NCBI GenBank assembly: GCA_951406725.2 | Contig: OX597828.1 | Coordinates: forward strand, 66,278,001-66,342,000 | Direction of reading: 5' to 3' | Source of the DNA: Octopus vulgaris | Taxonomy: Eukaryota | Length of the DNA: 64,000 nucleotides | Part shown: in pieces, positions 1 through 11,389 of the stretch | How positions within the stretch are numbered: the stretch's first letter is position 1 | Layout of the letters: every line of letters starts with the position of its first letter | Position numbers and translations under genes: made by a program | Notes under the pieces: model-generated | Databases searched by the model: none | The model's input: the letters and a program-made list of their open reading frames with translations, nothing else | What the model was told of the DNA's origin: nothing

Positions 1-582
1 TTTCAAATCAGAGTTCAAAGTTTTCTTCACACGAAATACATTTGGAAAGTAATTCGTGAAAGTATGACGTATGTATTATCTCCGAGAGAAACAGAAAGCT
101 TGGTTGTTGTATACGTGTCTGTTTCGGAATCCGAAACTAAGTTGGAGCTGAGGAAATGTTAAAAAAACCACAATTTGGAAGAAAATAAAGTAGACTTTCG
201 GAAATAAAGAAATATAGAAATATTGGTGATTATCATAACCTAAAAATGTAAACAACAATTTTCGTAGACTTATGAATAAAAAGACCAGGAGATGTATGGA
301 ATTAATTTAACGAAAATGAAGGATTTTTTTTTTTTTTTTTAGAGAATAAGCAATCAGGAAAGTATGAACCTTATTTCGTCAACAATAAACTAAAAGCAGG
401 TGAGTACAGGTGTCAAAGAAGAAGAAAAAAAGGAGTCGGAATATAGAAATGCTGAAACTGTCACATGTGTGTTACATAAAACGAGTTGCCGGATATTGTA
501 TAATGTGGACTACAAAGAATTTTGCTTTTTTGAAATAAGAAGAGAATGATAGCTCCGTTAAATAAGGATGAGAATTATTCAC

Positions 583-659
583 CTGGCATTTTCTTCGGTA
601 ATTTCGATCCCTAATCTGGACAATTCTCCACAAAGCCAATCGACCACAGGAGCAGCCAT
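583..659 (-). CDS. TRIP4: First coding exon of a probable activating signal cointegrator 1 (TRIP4/ASC-1); gene continues left of the window
   Basis: Minus strand AAACATGGCTGCT... translates MAAPVVDWLCGELSRLGIEITEENA(S/R), then a phase-2 donor CCAG|GTGAAT. Resembles the TRIP4 N-terminus (W..L...G....EE..., normally followed by Y-[IV]-L-S). Assignment is from recalled similarity of 25 aa, not a search. Confidence 0.7.
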
Positions 660-720
660 GTTTAACAGACGTTATCTGCCCTTGACGACGCGCTCTTCTT
701 TGCGCAGAGGAAGCATAATG
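650..720 (-). promoter_or_regulatory. Probable core promoter/5'UTR of the TRIP4-like gene
   Basis: Local CpG-rich patch (GACGACGCGC, TGCGCA) in AT-rich DNA just upstream of the ATG. AACATGGC over the start codon resembles a YY1-type motif. Confidence 0.4.
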
Positions 721-1136
721 AGAATTTATGGTTGAACTTCAGCAATTTCGAAATTGGGGCTCAAGGAATTAAATTTCCATTCGGGAGGGATGGCCAACTA
801 AATCGACTTCAGTCCTTCGCTGGTTAATCGTAAAGGATGTAAAGGAAAAGTCAACCTCAGCGGGATTTGAATTCTGCATATGAAAAAACAAAACGAAACT
901 AAATGTCAATACATTTTGCCCTACTTTTCCTAATATTGCACAATTAGTTGTAACTTAGGCACTAAAAGTACAACGTTAAATACTATGTTATGAAGACACT
1001 TTCTTGTTGATCATATATCTCTCAATTGAAGATACGTTTTCTATTTTAACAAACGATCAAAAAAGGTTGAAAGTATGAGCCAACAAGGGAATCGTTATGC
1101 GGTCGCGATTGATTAATGATACTCAATGATAAAGTG

Positions 1137-1361
1137 AAGGCGGCGAGCTGGCAGAAACGTTAGCACGCCGGGCGAAATGCTTAGCGGTATTTCGTCTGCC
1201 GTTACGTTCGGAGTTCACATTCCGCCGAGGTTGACTTGGCCTTTCATCCTTTCGGGGTCGATTAAATAAGTACCAGTTACGCATTGGGGTCGATGTAATC
1301 GACTTAATCCCTTTGTTTGTCCCCTCTATGTTTAGCCCCTTGTGGGTAATAAAGAAACAGA
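1137..1361 (+). mobile_element. SINE family 1 (GGCGGCGAGCTGGCAGAA head, Nin-domain-like core, TTAGCCCCTTGTGGG...AAAGAAATAG tail)
   Basis: ~230 bp unit recurring at about 19256-20200, 22257-22637, 36500-36732, 38827-39060, 43730-43862, 45796-46026, 49398-49630 (TSD AGGTAAGAAACACA), 53062-53284 and 61567-61790. Pol III A/B-box-like motifs (TGGCAGAA, GAGTTCAAATTCC). Core GCCTTTCATCCTTTCGGGGTCGATAAA. Confidence 0.9.
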
Positions 1362-1597
1362 TACTCAGTAAAGTGGTTGCCATTTATGAATGCCTATAAA
1401 ATTTTCCTGGAAGATGTGCAAAATAGCTTTCATGTGATCTGAAAAAAGTTCAACCCAATGTCGAATTTCGTTGCGTAGCACCAAGTTAGTCCTTATTCAC
1501 AGACTTATGATCAAAAGGCGCAACGATTTCAAAAGCGAGTGTCTTCATATATTTAAAGAACATGAATAAATCAATAGGATCCGCGTTGGACTAGAAC

Positions 1598-1723
1598 CAG
1601 TGGTTCCCAAACTTTGGTCTGTGAACACGTTAAGCTGACAGATCTTTCAATAATCCTGGGGTCCGTGGGAAAATCCATTTAAATAAAAGGGGTCCTAGGT
1701 AGTGAAAAGGTTGGGAACTACTG
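1598..1723. mobile_element. hAT-Charlie-like MITE
   Basis: TIRs CAGTGGTTCCCAA / TTGGGAACTACTG. Flanks GACTAGAAC / GACTAGAC give a near 8-bp TSD with a CTAG core. Confidence 0.75.
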
Positions 1724-2631
1724 GACTAGACTCGTTTCGTCCGTGTACAGTTTTAACGAAGCTGAATCTGTCCTGTACAAGTTTATGCGAAAAGTGATAT
1801 TCTTTTTGTCATTTGATGACACCCTATCCCGCAGCAATTTGCTCGAGCAAAACAAACCTTGGTTTTTAGGAACATATATCTGCAGGACTAAAAAAAATTA
1901 AACTAAGCACTCTGGGGAAAATACAACAAAGATAGGCTTGGGTGTTCAGAGTAAGCGGAACGAAGATGTAACTGTTTAAGCCACTTATTAAATGTTAAAT
2001 GGAAATAGATTAACGTAAAGCGATCCTTCGGTATTGGTCTCCAGAGTGTCAGTATAAAAAAACGATGTCATTCACCTTCTGTTTCAGCCTCGCCTCTTTA
2101 CGTTATGAAAGAAGGTTGTATGGGTGAATGACGTCATCTACCAATACTGAATCACTGCCTAATTTAATATTCGGTTAAATCATTAAATCATTTCAAATTT
2201 ATTTTCATAATTTCTTAGGAATGTCTCTAGTTTTATTGTTATTGTTGTTTAGGGGTTGTTCTTGCTCAGGGAGACAACAGTGGATATAGAAAAGTGCCAC
2301 ATATTAACAGGGTTGCCACTTGTCCCTGTCTTATTCGACGCTGTCACAGAGTGCCAGCATCCTGGTTAGTTTGAAATTGTTTCCTGGTTTTTCAGAAATC
2401 TGGAAAAATTTAATTTGTCATGATTTTTATTCAAGTTTGTCAGAAAAGTTACTAGGTATTGATACTACTAATATTAATACCGACAGCATTATGAAAAATC
2501 ATGCATGCACTCTCAAGTAAAGAATGGCCGCAATACATGGCACAGCCAAAGATTTTGATAATGTCAATACATTCTAGGCTTCATGACAACCTTAAATATG
2601 CAACACCTCTAGCTTTCATCTTTTGAACATA

Positions 2632-3198
2632 TTGGGTTGTCCGAAAAGTTCATGCCGATTTTTAAAGGAAAGAAAAAGGTCAATAAATACTTGCCATTAC
2701 ACTTTTAATCAACCAAATATGAACCATTTTGTTGCACAATGCGGCTCCATCTTTCCTTTAACTTGAAAATACCCTCTTCCCAGAACTGAGGTGGTTTCAT
2801 GGCAAAGAAGATTTCATCAACGTATCTTTTTATGTCATCCAAGGAATTGAAATTTTTACCATTAAGACTATTCTGCAGAGACTTGAATAAGTGGAAATCT
2901 GAAGGAGCAATATCTGGTGAATATGGAGGGTGGGGCAACACATTGGAGCCGAGCTGCAGCAGTTTTTGTCTGGTTCCCAAAGCATCAAGTGCCGAAGATG
3001 AACTTTCTTATCTTCCATTTTAAAGGGTTACAGAATTAACACAGGTTATAGGAACATAAATCTTCTTCCACGAAAAGATAGCTTAAACTGTGCTCTAAAT
3101 GGAGGTGCAGTCAAATCCTATTTTATAGATTCAACCATGTTTTAAATAAGTCGAAAGGTAAGCTACTATAAATCGGCATGAAATTTCCGGAAACCCAA
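2632..3198 (-). mobile_element. Internally deleted mariner transposon
   Basis: TIRs TTGGGTTGTCCGAAAAGTTCATGCCGATTT / AAATCGGCATGAAATTTCCGGAAACCCAA flanked by TA. N-terminal MEDKKVHLRHLML is fused to C-terminal VLPHPPYSPDIAPSDFHLF (mariner YSPDLAP motif). Confidence 0.92.
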
Positions 3199-3464
3199 TA
3201 GAAATACTTGATAAAAATATATATATTAGCGACAAATGCAATATTAATACTGAGAGGTATAATACTTAAATATGGATGTTCTGTTAATGCAAACTATAAT
3301 GCAGTAGTTACCATGAGAGAAATTCTCATATTGGCTTTTGGTACAAATTGTGCTCCTGACGAGAGTGCATTGATGAGACCAAGGAAGGTTGAAATCACAT
3401 GATCTGGTGGCCTCAGTGATGGGGATCTGTCTCCTCATTGTGATATAAATTGTGCCTGGGGTAG

Positions 3465-3838
3465 CTGTTTGTTTGTTGAGCGAAGCAGTCTTCCTCCCAT
3501 TAGTGGGAGAAGTCCGAAACGTGGTCCTTTGCTATTCGTAAGACCCGCAGAAGAGAAAGCAGGTCAACTCCTGACACCGAGAGCATCCACGGATGGATGA
3601 ATGCGCATCCAGGCTCAGCGGTTGCGTAGGAAGTCGAGGACAAGAAACAGGAAGAAAGAGTGAGAGAAAGTTGGAGCGAAAGAGTACAACAGAAGTCGCC
3701 ACCACCCCCTGCCGGAGCCTCGTGGAGCTTTAGGCGTTTTTGCTCAATAAACACACACAATGCTCGGTCTGGGAATCGAAACCGCGATCCTCCAACCGCA
3801 AGTCCGCTGCCCTAACCATTGGGCCATTGCACCTCCAC
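3465..3838 (-). mobile_element. tRNA-derived SINE family 2 (GTGGAGG..AATGGCCCA head, (AAC)-rich tail)
   Basis: A box TGGCCCAATGG and B box GTTTCGATTCC. Copies at 21000-21390 (+), 25533-25920 (+), and a 3' part at 32245-32452 (+). Confidence 0.88.
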
Positions 3839-3879
3839 TGAGGTAGCAGTTTAGGCCAAGGGTGGTATAGAAGAGCTGT

Positions 3880-4700
3880 GGGCATTTATTGCAGGAGATG
3901 GGGTTTGGCTGGGAATGAGGAAGTTACTCTATGTCGTTGATGACTGATCTCAGCCTTTTGACATCTGTTATTTTCCATCTGGTCAGTTCCCTTGTTGATG
4001 AGATACCACCACTTTGGGCAGTCTTTGGCGATTGTCTCCCAGACATTTGTGTCAGTAGGGGGTAAGTGGTGGTGGAGACAGGGAATGTAGAGAAGTTGGT
4101 GAGTCATGAGGAGAGGTCAGCAAAAGAGACACAGCAAGGGGACAGAGAGTGAATTAACAAAGAAGCTGTGTGAAGTAAAGGTTTCAGTGAAAGAAAGGTT
4201 GAAGGGAGGGTGCCATAGAGTTTGGGAATGGGAACAGAGGGTGAGTACAGTGAGAGCATCCCATCCACCATCACCAATGCTTAAGTGTTCTCTTGCCAAG
4301 CTTGCACAGGAGTAGTGGTCACCTCTAGTACTGCATGTCACCAATCATTGCAATGTCATTTCTTTTGTGAGGTTCGGCATCTTGAGATTAGTTGTCATTA
4401 CTTTGTTCCACAACATCTTGAGTCTTTCTCTTGTCAGCATATATAAATGATGATAGGTGCATAAAATGTGTTTGCATATTTATGCACTAGTATCATCTAT
4501 AGGCATCACATGTTCATGCTAATGTAGTCTTCTCTCTTGCTTACTGCATCTGAGTCCTCTAATACCCAGCTTTTCTCTCAGTTCATTTGTACTCTATCAT
4601 TTCTGCACATTAACATTACACATTCAGTGAAGAATGCTCACTTCATTCGTTCCTAGTCCTTGCAAATCCCCTACATTCAATGCCCATACAAACATGTATA
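3880..4700 (-). mobile_element. Degenerate RTE-clade LINE fragments
   Basis: DTNVWETIAKDCPKWWYLINKG resembles an RTE C-terminus. 4330-4700 is a decayed version of the RTE 3' region seen intact near 42 kb. Confidence 0.45.
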
Positions 4701-4829
4701 AAACCAAATTTATCCTTCAAAAGCTCATCCCCACTTCTCTATTCCATCTCTATCTTTCCCCACCCTCTCCACCTCATCCTTCCCCTTCTTCATACCACAA
4801 TCACATGTACAAAAACTGGGGTGTCTAAT

Positions 4830-5340
4830 TCTTTTCTACTCTAGGCACAAGGTCCGAAATTTTTGGGGAGGCGGCTAGTCGATTAGATCGACCCTAGTTC
4901 GCAACTGGTACTTAAGTTATCAACCCCGAAAGGATGAAAGGCAAAGTTGATCTCGGCGGAATTTGAACTCAGGAGGAAGGGTATCTTTTTTTCTTCAGAA
5001 ATGTAAATAAACCTAATGACTTTCTTAAACGAATATATAATATGTGACAGGCACATTTTCATATGACGCAGCCAGCAAATGTTACGGCAGAAATTGTTTC
5101 CAACTCAATAGACGTCCTTGATTGGTTGAAATTGCTGAAATTAAACAACAAATATGTTACAACCTACAGAATTTTCTCAAGAAAGCCAAGAGAAAAAGAT
5201 GTTTTATAAATACATTCTACCAGTATACGAGGTTTAAAATTTTTTAGTTACATAGAAATTATTTTAAAAATCTACTGGTCAAAGTAAAAAGATCTAACAT
5301 TTCGCCTGGCGTGCTAACGTTTCTGCCAGCTCGCCACCTT
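4830..5340 (-). mobile_element. SINE family 1 variant (GCCTTGTGCC tail) interrupted by a Merlin-like MITE fragment (about 4975-5296)
   Basis: SINE body and head are separated by sequence matching the interior and one TIR of the 6225/9777 MITE. The same tail variant occurs at about 19065-19250, 24543-24750, 26390-26950, 32552-32770, 44995-45185, 61405-61566, 61827-62000 and 63125-63345. Confidence 0.75.
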
Positions 5341-5655
5341 ATTGGGGTGTCTAATTGCCACTCGAATGCCGATGTGCAGGACAATATCGAAGACTAATCT
5401 AAGGGATGTAACTCTGGTAGGCTTAAGAACTAGCCTTGATTAAAAACTTTTTTGTTTTAACTGTCTTTTTCATCCTTATGATTCATTCCACTATTTTTTT
5501 GCATCTCTGACAACTCATAAATCAGATGGAGATTTCAGACCTCCTTCAACAAAGCTGCCAACCTATACTCCTCCAATCAGCCATATATAACGATAGTTAA
5601 TTTACATTTTCACACTTCGAAAGTGTGAGTCTAAATTTAAAACGTTGTATGAATA

Positions 5656-6077
5656 TCACTCTATATATAAACGGCAGTTTGTCTGTCTGTGTGTCTGTCA
5701 GGTTGTACCCTCACCCTGACCACGGCTTTCAACCGATTCTGATGAAACTTGACACACACATAGCCCAATGTCATAATTCAAAACTAACGCAGCTAAAATG
5801 TTGAAAAGTTTCCCCAGTTCTGAAAAAAATCGATAAATTCGACATGGGGTCGAGAATCTAAGCTTTTTATAAGCAACACATTTTCTGTCTAGTGGACACA
5901 ACTCGACCTTTTTATCGCCCAAAGGGACAGCTAGGAACATCGTATACACAGAAGTATTCGAGTGAAGAGAAGACATTGCAACCTACACATTCGCCTTCGT
6001 TCCCTAGAGGGAAAGGACTAGATTGAGATTAGTCGTTGCCTACTAGGGGCTCTTACATACCCGGGCTATGCTGCTAG
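5656..6077 (+). mobile_element. Non-autonomous Helitron
   Basis: A|TC..CTATATATAAACGGCAG 5' end; CCCGGG..TGCTAG|T 3' end; no TSD. The 5' ~260 bp is nearly identical to 29722-30107. Confidence 0.85.
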
Positions 6078-6224
6078 TACTTAATATATGAATGCCTGTT
6101 TTTTTCCCTCAACTTTTGAAAACTTATTGGACAACTACATATGTATGTGTGTGTGTGCGCGCGCGTTTATTGTTGACTGTTGGAGAATAGAGCGCTCGGT
6201 ACCTTATTAGAGATTAGAAATATA

Positions 6225-6748
6225 GGATCTTTTCGGTTTGAACGGCAGTTTTTTCTAGCAGTGTCATATGAAATTGTCACTCATAATTATGGCCCTAGAA
6301 TCGATCTATTGCATTTCAATCTGTTTTAGGGTTAGGGGTGGGGGGGAAGGGTATCTTTTTTTCTTCACAAATGTAAATAAACTCAATCTGTTTCTTAAAC
6401 GAGGGACACATTCATACGGCACAGAATGTTTTCACTTCAATAGACGTCATTGATTGGTTGGAATTGCAGAAATTGAAGAAAAAACAACAACAAATATCTT
6501 ACAAACCACAGAATCTTCTCAATAAAGCCAAGAGAAAAAGATGCTTTATAAAGACATTCTACCAGTATACGAAGTTTAAAAGTGTTTAGTTACGTGGAAA
6601 TTATTTTAAAAAACTGCCGTTCAAACCGAAAAGATCCCTAACCCTAAAAGAGATTGAAATGCAATAGATCGATACTAGGGTCATAATTATGGGTGACAAT
6701 TTCATATGACATCGCTAGAAAAAGCTGCCCTTCAAACCGAAAAGATCC
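6225..6748. mobile_element. Merlin-like MITE with an extra inverted copy of its left end
   Basis: TIR GGATCTTTTCGGTTTGAACGGCAGTTTTTT at 6225. Inverse TIRs end at 6637 and again at 6748. Confidence 0.85.
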
Positions 6749-6901
6749 GAATAAACTCTTGTTTGATTAAAATAATTTTTTTTAACACGAGATATTTATG
6801 AAATACTCGTAAATCAAAGGGGAAAAACTCTGCATTTACTTAGAACTATCAGTTTTGATGCAATTTATCAAATTGTCGCTATCATTCTCCTATTTCCCTC
6901 T

Positions 6902-6944
<43 letters not shown>

Positions 6945-7381
6945 AAATAGATAGATAGGTAGAGAGAGAGTGAGATGGGGGATGTTACCAGTGCATTTCA
7001 ACTCTCTGTTTGCCTCTCAATATAATCACACTCACGCACGTATAGTGTGTGTGTGCATGCATATATAATGAGCAGAGTACAGCCAGCTGTCACTTGTGAG
7101 CAAGTATAGCCTGGTAACCTGTACTATACTTTTGCTAAGTGGCCTAGATGGGTGTAATTACTTAAAACGATAAGCAGTGTGGTGTGGAGTCAATCATGCT
7201 GGTGTCGGTTTGATAAAAGATTTCCCACCAAGGGGCAGCAGTAGTACTGTACCTCTATTATTGTCCAATGTTGAGGAATATAATTCTGGTTCTAAGTCTG
7301 TGTAACATAGTGATGAAGTGTGCAGAAATGAATACCCTCCTTCAAGATCTCAGAATGTTGACCAATCCAATAAATACTTTT

Positions 7382-7740
7382 ATCTCTAAATATATAAACA
7401 GCAAAATGTCTGTCTGTGTGTATGTGTGTGTATCCTTTATACAAATCCACAATTTTTCAGTTTGATGGCTTGCACTTTCTATGGTCATTCAAAACCGTCC
7501 AAGGGTGGTTGTGCACATCTTTACATTTCCCCAGTCACCCCGCAAAGCCATTAAAAAATCAATAGAATTGACTATTTTGTGAATTTTCTACCCGAAACCC
7601 AATCAAAATGCCTGAAACTTGATACGCCAATTGAATGCCAGCTAGCTGCATGTGATTGGTTGGAGATTTGGACAGTACTTGCGTGTATGTGCACACGCAC
7701 ACAACTGTATATGCATGCATATACAGATTATATTTTACTT
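7382..7740 (+). mobile_element. Probable Helitron 5' fragment (second family)
   Basis: A|TCTCTAAATATATAAACAGCAAAATGTCTGTCTG start parallels the Helitron at 5656. No CTAG end seen. Confidence 0.5.
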
Positions 7741-7907
7741 ATCTTTTTTACTTAGTCAAATTTTAATTTCTAAACCAGTCAAGAGACAAATTTCAATCAT
7801 GTTCTTGTGAATACTGCAATCCTTCCTCACTGTTCTCTATTTAACATGTCCAAATGTTACCAATAATAGTCAAAGTGTTTGAAAACTTTACTTGATATCA
7901 GATCTGC

Positions 7908-8072
7908 CAATACAGTTCTATATTTAAGAGATGAGGAATTATGTACATTATTTACATTCGACGGATATTTGTCCTCATCTTGTTTGTTGTTAACACAACG
8001 TTTCAGCTGATATACCCTCCAGCCTCCTTCAGGTGTCTTGGGGAAATTTCGAACCTGGGTTCTCATTCCTAA
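7908..8072 (-). mobile_element. Penelope-like terminal repeat fragment with minimal hammerhead motif (7993-8037)
   Basis: Minus strand ACAC-CTGAAGG-AGGCTG(GAGGGTATAT)CAGCT-GAAACGTT-GTGT: stem I, stem II and a palindromic ACGT stem III. Confidence 0.7.
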
Positions 8073-8454
8073 TGTGTTCACACTAATTCTAGAAACTGTA
8101 ACAGCTTGCCAAACAAGGCAAATTTCTTGAGAAACGGTTATAGCAATGATATCAGCACAATTTGATGCTTTACTTCCTTATTTCTGGTTAGAATCAATGG
8201 AGGATGAGGTTCAGTTTTTCTTTTGAGAACAAACAGCTCTCTCTTTCATTTAATTTCACACGACGATCATTCCAACAAAAAGATCTCTGATAAAAGCCAA
8301 TTTAAGGGTAAAAAAAAAACATATATAAATAAAAAAAACAACAACAACAAAGTCATTTAGATTTTCTGAATGAGGTGAAGAATAACAATCTATCAATATT
8401 TGATTCAGCTAAATTTAATACATGTAACATAAAGCCAAGTAACATTATATATAA

Positions 8455-8600
8455 TGTTTCTCTCCGTGTTTTTTCTGTGGAAGAGCGTAGGCTCGAAACA
8501 TTAAAGACGTTTTCAATTCCCGAGCGTTATACTAATACATCTGTTTATTTTCTACACCACCTGTCTCCGTCTTTTGTTTTTTCATGAATTCTCCCTATAT
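8455..8600 (+). mobile_element. Penelope-like terminal repeat with hammerhead-like motif, family B
   Basis: CTGTNGA-A-GAGC(RTAG)GCTC-GAAAC motif next to (TA)n. Further copies at 27710-27890 (+) and 30568-30735 (-). Confidence 0.65.
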
Positions 8601-8654
8601 ATATATATTATATACACACACATGCGAGTCGTCTAAGAGATCATAAGTCAGGGT

Positions 8655-9088
8655 GAAGATGCATTTAACGTCTGTTGGCCATGCTGGCATGGGTTGGATG
8701 ATGTGACCAGAGCTGGCAAGCTGCACCAAACTCGTCTGATTCAGCATGGTTTCTATGGCTAGATGCCCTTCCTAATGCCAACCAGTCTACAGAGTGTGCT
8801 GGGTGCTTTTATGTGGCATATATATATGAAGTCAGAATAAATGCCACTGAACACTTTATCAGGTGCAGTAATGATTCTACCAGCTCACCACCTTAATTTC
8901 AAGGAGTGGTTGGCGTTAGGAAGGGCCTACACTCACGGAGTGGTTGGCGTTAGGAGGGACATCCAGCTGTAGAAACATTGCCGGATCAGACTGGAGCCTG
9001 GTGCAGCCTCCTGGCTTCCCAGGCCCCGGTCGAACTGTCCAACCCATGCTAGCATGGAAAACGGACGTTAAACGATGATGATGGTGAT
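8655..9088. mobile_element. 5'-truncated RTE 3'UTR copies (CCATGCTAGCATGG...(GAT)n tail)
   Basis: Match the 3' end of the RTE at 41335. Further copies at about 13918-14065, 14312-14443, 21697-22080, 24805-25140, 30740-31085, 35820-36205, 38547-38812, 39655-39902, 43910-44270, 45350-45760, 53820-54135 and 55575-55770. Confidence 0.85.
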
Positions 9089-9099
9089 ATACATATATG

Positions 9100-9400
9100 T
9101 AAAGACCATGGTATTGCACCTAGAAAGTTCCCCTCGAGCATGGTTGTTTGAGGAAGACCAGCAGTTGTCCATACATACCAGTCTCCCCACTCCATGCCAC
9201 TGATGTTGCCCAAGGGAAAGACCAAGCCCGATACAACTTGGCTCCAGCGAGGTCGTAACTTATTTCTACTGTTGAGTGAACTGGAGCAATGTGAAGTAAA
9301 GTGTCTTGCTCAAGAACACAATACACAGTCCAGTCTGGGAATCAAACTCACAATCTCACAATTGTAAACCTAATACTAACCACTGAGCCATCTGCCTTCA
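9100..9400 (-). mobile_element. tRNA-derived SINE family 3 (diverged copy)
   Basis: Reverse-complement match to 31272-31603. Confidence 0.75.
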
Positions 9401-9776
9401 CACACACATTATATATATATCATATCCTACTGCCTAAAGGTTCTCCTGTAGTTCAACACCTGAAACAAAAACATTTTCAAAATGGAAAGTAGCACATCTA
9501 ATTCATTTGCTCATGCATTGATGTGCAAGTGCAGTTCACTCTAAATGCTCACCTTTCTATGAAGGCATTCCATATGTGACCATCCTGCATTTCTAAATGC
9601 ATTTCAACCAAAACAGTTTGGGTTTTTTTTAAGAGTCTTCTGTGATCGTTCTGCATTCCTAATGTGACCATCTCATCTTTTTTTAAAACCAATTTCTTCT
9701 GCATGCACCTTACTATCTTCAATATTGTTAAGTAATAATAATAATTAGCTTATTAAGCTATTAGATAGCAGTAACT

Positions 9777-10181
9777 GGATCTTTTTGGTTTGAACGGCAG
9801 TTTTTTCTAGCAGTGTCATATGAAATTGTCACCCATAATTATCACCCTAGTATTGATCTATTGCATTTCAATGTTTTAGGGTTGGGGGGGGGGGGGTATC
9901 TTTTTTTCTTCACAAATGTAAATATACCCAATCTGTTTCTTAAACGAGGGATATATTCATATGGCACAGAATGTTTTTGCCTCAATAGACGTCACTGATT
10001 GGTTGAAATTGCAGAAATTGAAGAAAAAAAACAACAAATATCTTGCAAACTATAGAATTTTCTCAATATAACCAAGAGAAAACGATGCTTTATAAACACA
10101 TTCTACCAGTATACGAAGTTTAAAAGTGTTTGGTTATGTGGAAATTATTTTAAAAAACTGCCGTTCAAACCGAAAAGATCC
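9777..10181. mobile_element. Merlin-like MITE
   Basis: Same 30-bp TIRs and interior as 6225-6637. Confidence 0.85.
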
Positions 10182-10864
10182 AACCCAACTATCTTTTATT
10201 ACTATTTATTTTAGAGGACACATTACATAATGTAGTCTGAAGTGCGTTATATCTGAAGAATATTAAAAAATGGGTCAGTCTGTCACAACATGTCATTGTT
10301 TAGCACCAGGTTGGCTCCAATGCAGTTGACTTATGACCCCCTGGCATTCTACCCATAACCATTCCTTCTTTTATTTTTCATGTTGTACTCTGCATTATAC
10401 TATACAATGGCTTCTTTCCAGTAAAAAAAAATATGGTAAGATGGGAAATGAAGAAGATTTTGGTTTAAAAAGAAGAGACGAGATAAGAGATAATCACGTA
10501 TAGATTGTGGCATGAATGTAGTTGTATGGCTCTTAAAATACATGGATCCATGAATTGAATACAGCAAATAGTTTAAAATAAAAATAGTTAAGATAACAAA
10601 TATAAATTACAAAACGTTTAATCGTGGAAGAAATACAAATTTTGACCCTTGAAAAAATCTTTCTAATCCATTTAAATTATTGTAATTTTTGAAAACTTTT
10701 GAGTTCCTCTTCCTTCAAGCTAACAATACTGGAATCACGTTAATTATAATCATGTCTTTAGAAGATACATTTAGCTGAGATTCTTATAAAAACAAATAAT
10801 AATTTCTCTGTTGAGATTACATATTTGAACTATTCCAACATAATATCAACACAATGCAATAAAT

Positions 10865-11389
10865 TCAATGCTGAAGTGTTTCTTTATCAAACATATATTC
10901 ACCGAGGCCTTCGCCCAACTGCTTCAATCTCGAAATGTAATCAGAGATTTTCTTGATGTTTTCAACCTGTTTTCCAAGGGCGATCTTCTTCAGGAACCCA
11001 ATCAGCTGAGGATCTCCGTTCTTTTTAGCGCACAAAACCAGCTTCAGAAATTGCTGGTTGATATTTTTCTCAACGACGAGCGAATATTCCATGGCCGAAG
11101 CACCAGAATCCCAAAACGAAGTCTCCGGTTCGTCGATATTCTGCAGGACAACGCGACCACCACGTTTGTTTTGGTACTCCATCAGTTTGTCTGCTTGATG
11201 GAGATGCTGACGGTTTAGCTGCTCGAAGAAGAGATGGAACCCCTTCAGAGCAACATCACTCCTGTCGTAATGTGCAGCCTGGCACTGGTTCACGTAGGCT
11301 GACTTGAGTAACACGTTGATGCATTCGTTCAAAGTCTCCTCGCAATTGCGATGAAAATTCTGTCGAGCAGACATTTTCCTCAGGTTCAT
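10865..11389 (-). CDS. Intronless divergent ferritin (174 aa), predicted ferroxidase-deficient
   Basis: Uninterrupted full-length ORF with ferritin motifs RQNFH, DRSDVALKGF, KLMEYQNKRGGRVVLQNI, EKNINQ, DPQL and GLGEYMFDKETL. No signal peptide. Confidence 0.93.
   Translation of the reverse strand: MNLRKMSARQNFHRNCEETLNECINVLLKSAYVNQCQAAHYDRSDVALKGFHLFFEQLNRQHLHQADKLMEYQNKRGGRVVLQNIDEPETSFWDSGASAMEYSLVVEKNINQQFLKLVLCAKKNGDPQLIGFLKKIALGKQVENIKKISDYISRLKQLGEGLGEYMFDKETLQH

Noticed and set aside
343-399. Plus-strand 57-nt exon-like segment (poly-T AG ... CAG|GTGAGT, open frame)
   Set aside because: It lies antisense within the first intron of the TRIP4-like gene, with no partner exons or recognisable peptide.
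3500-3760. Recurrent similar ORFs (SLLRVLRIAKDHVSDFSH; LFNRPRKDERQSRPRR) suggesting a gene family
   Set aside because: Incidental frames within SINE copies, with inconsistent starts and frameshifts.
10868-11218. 116-aa plus-strand ORF
   Set aside because: Antisense shadow of the ferritin CDS.
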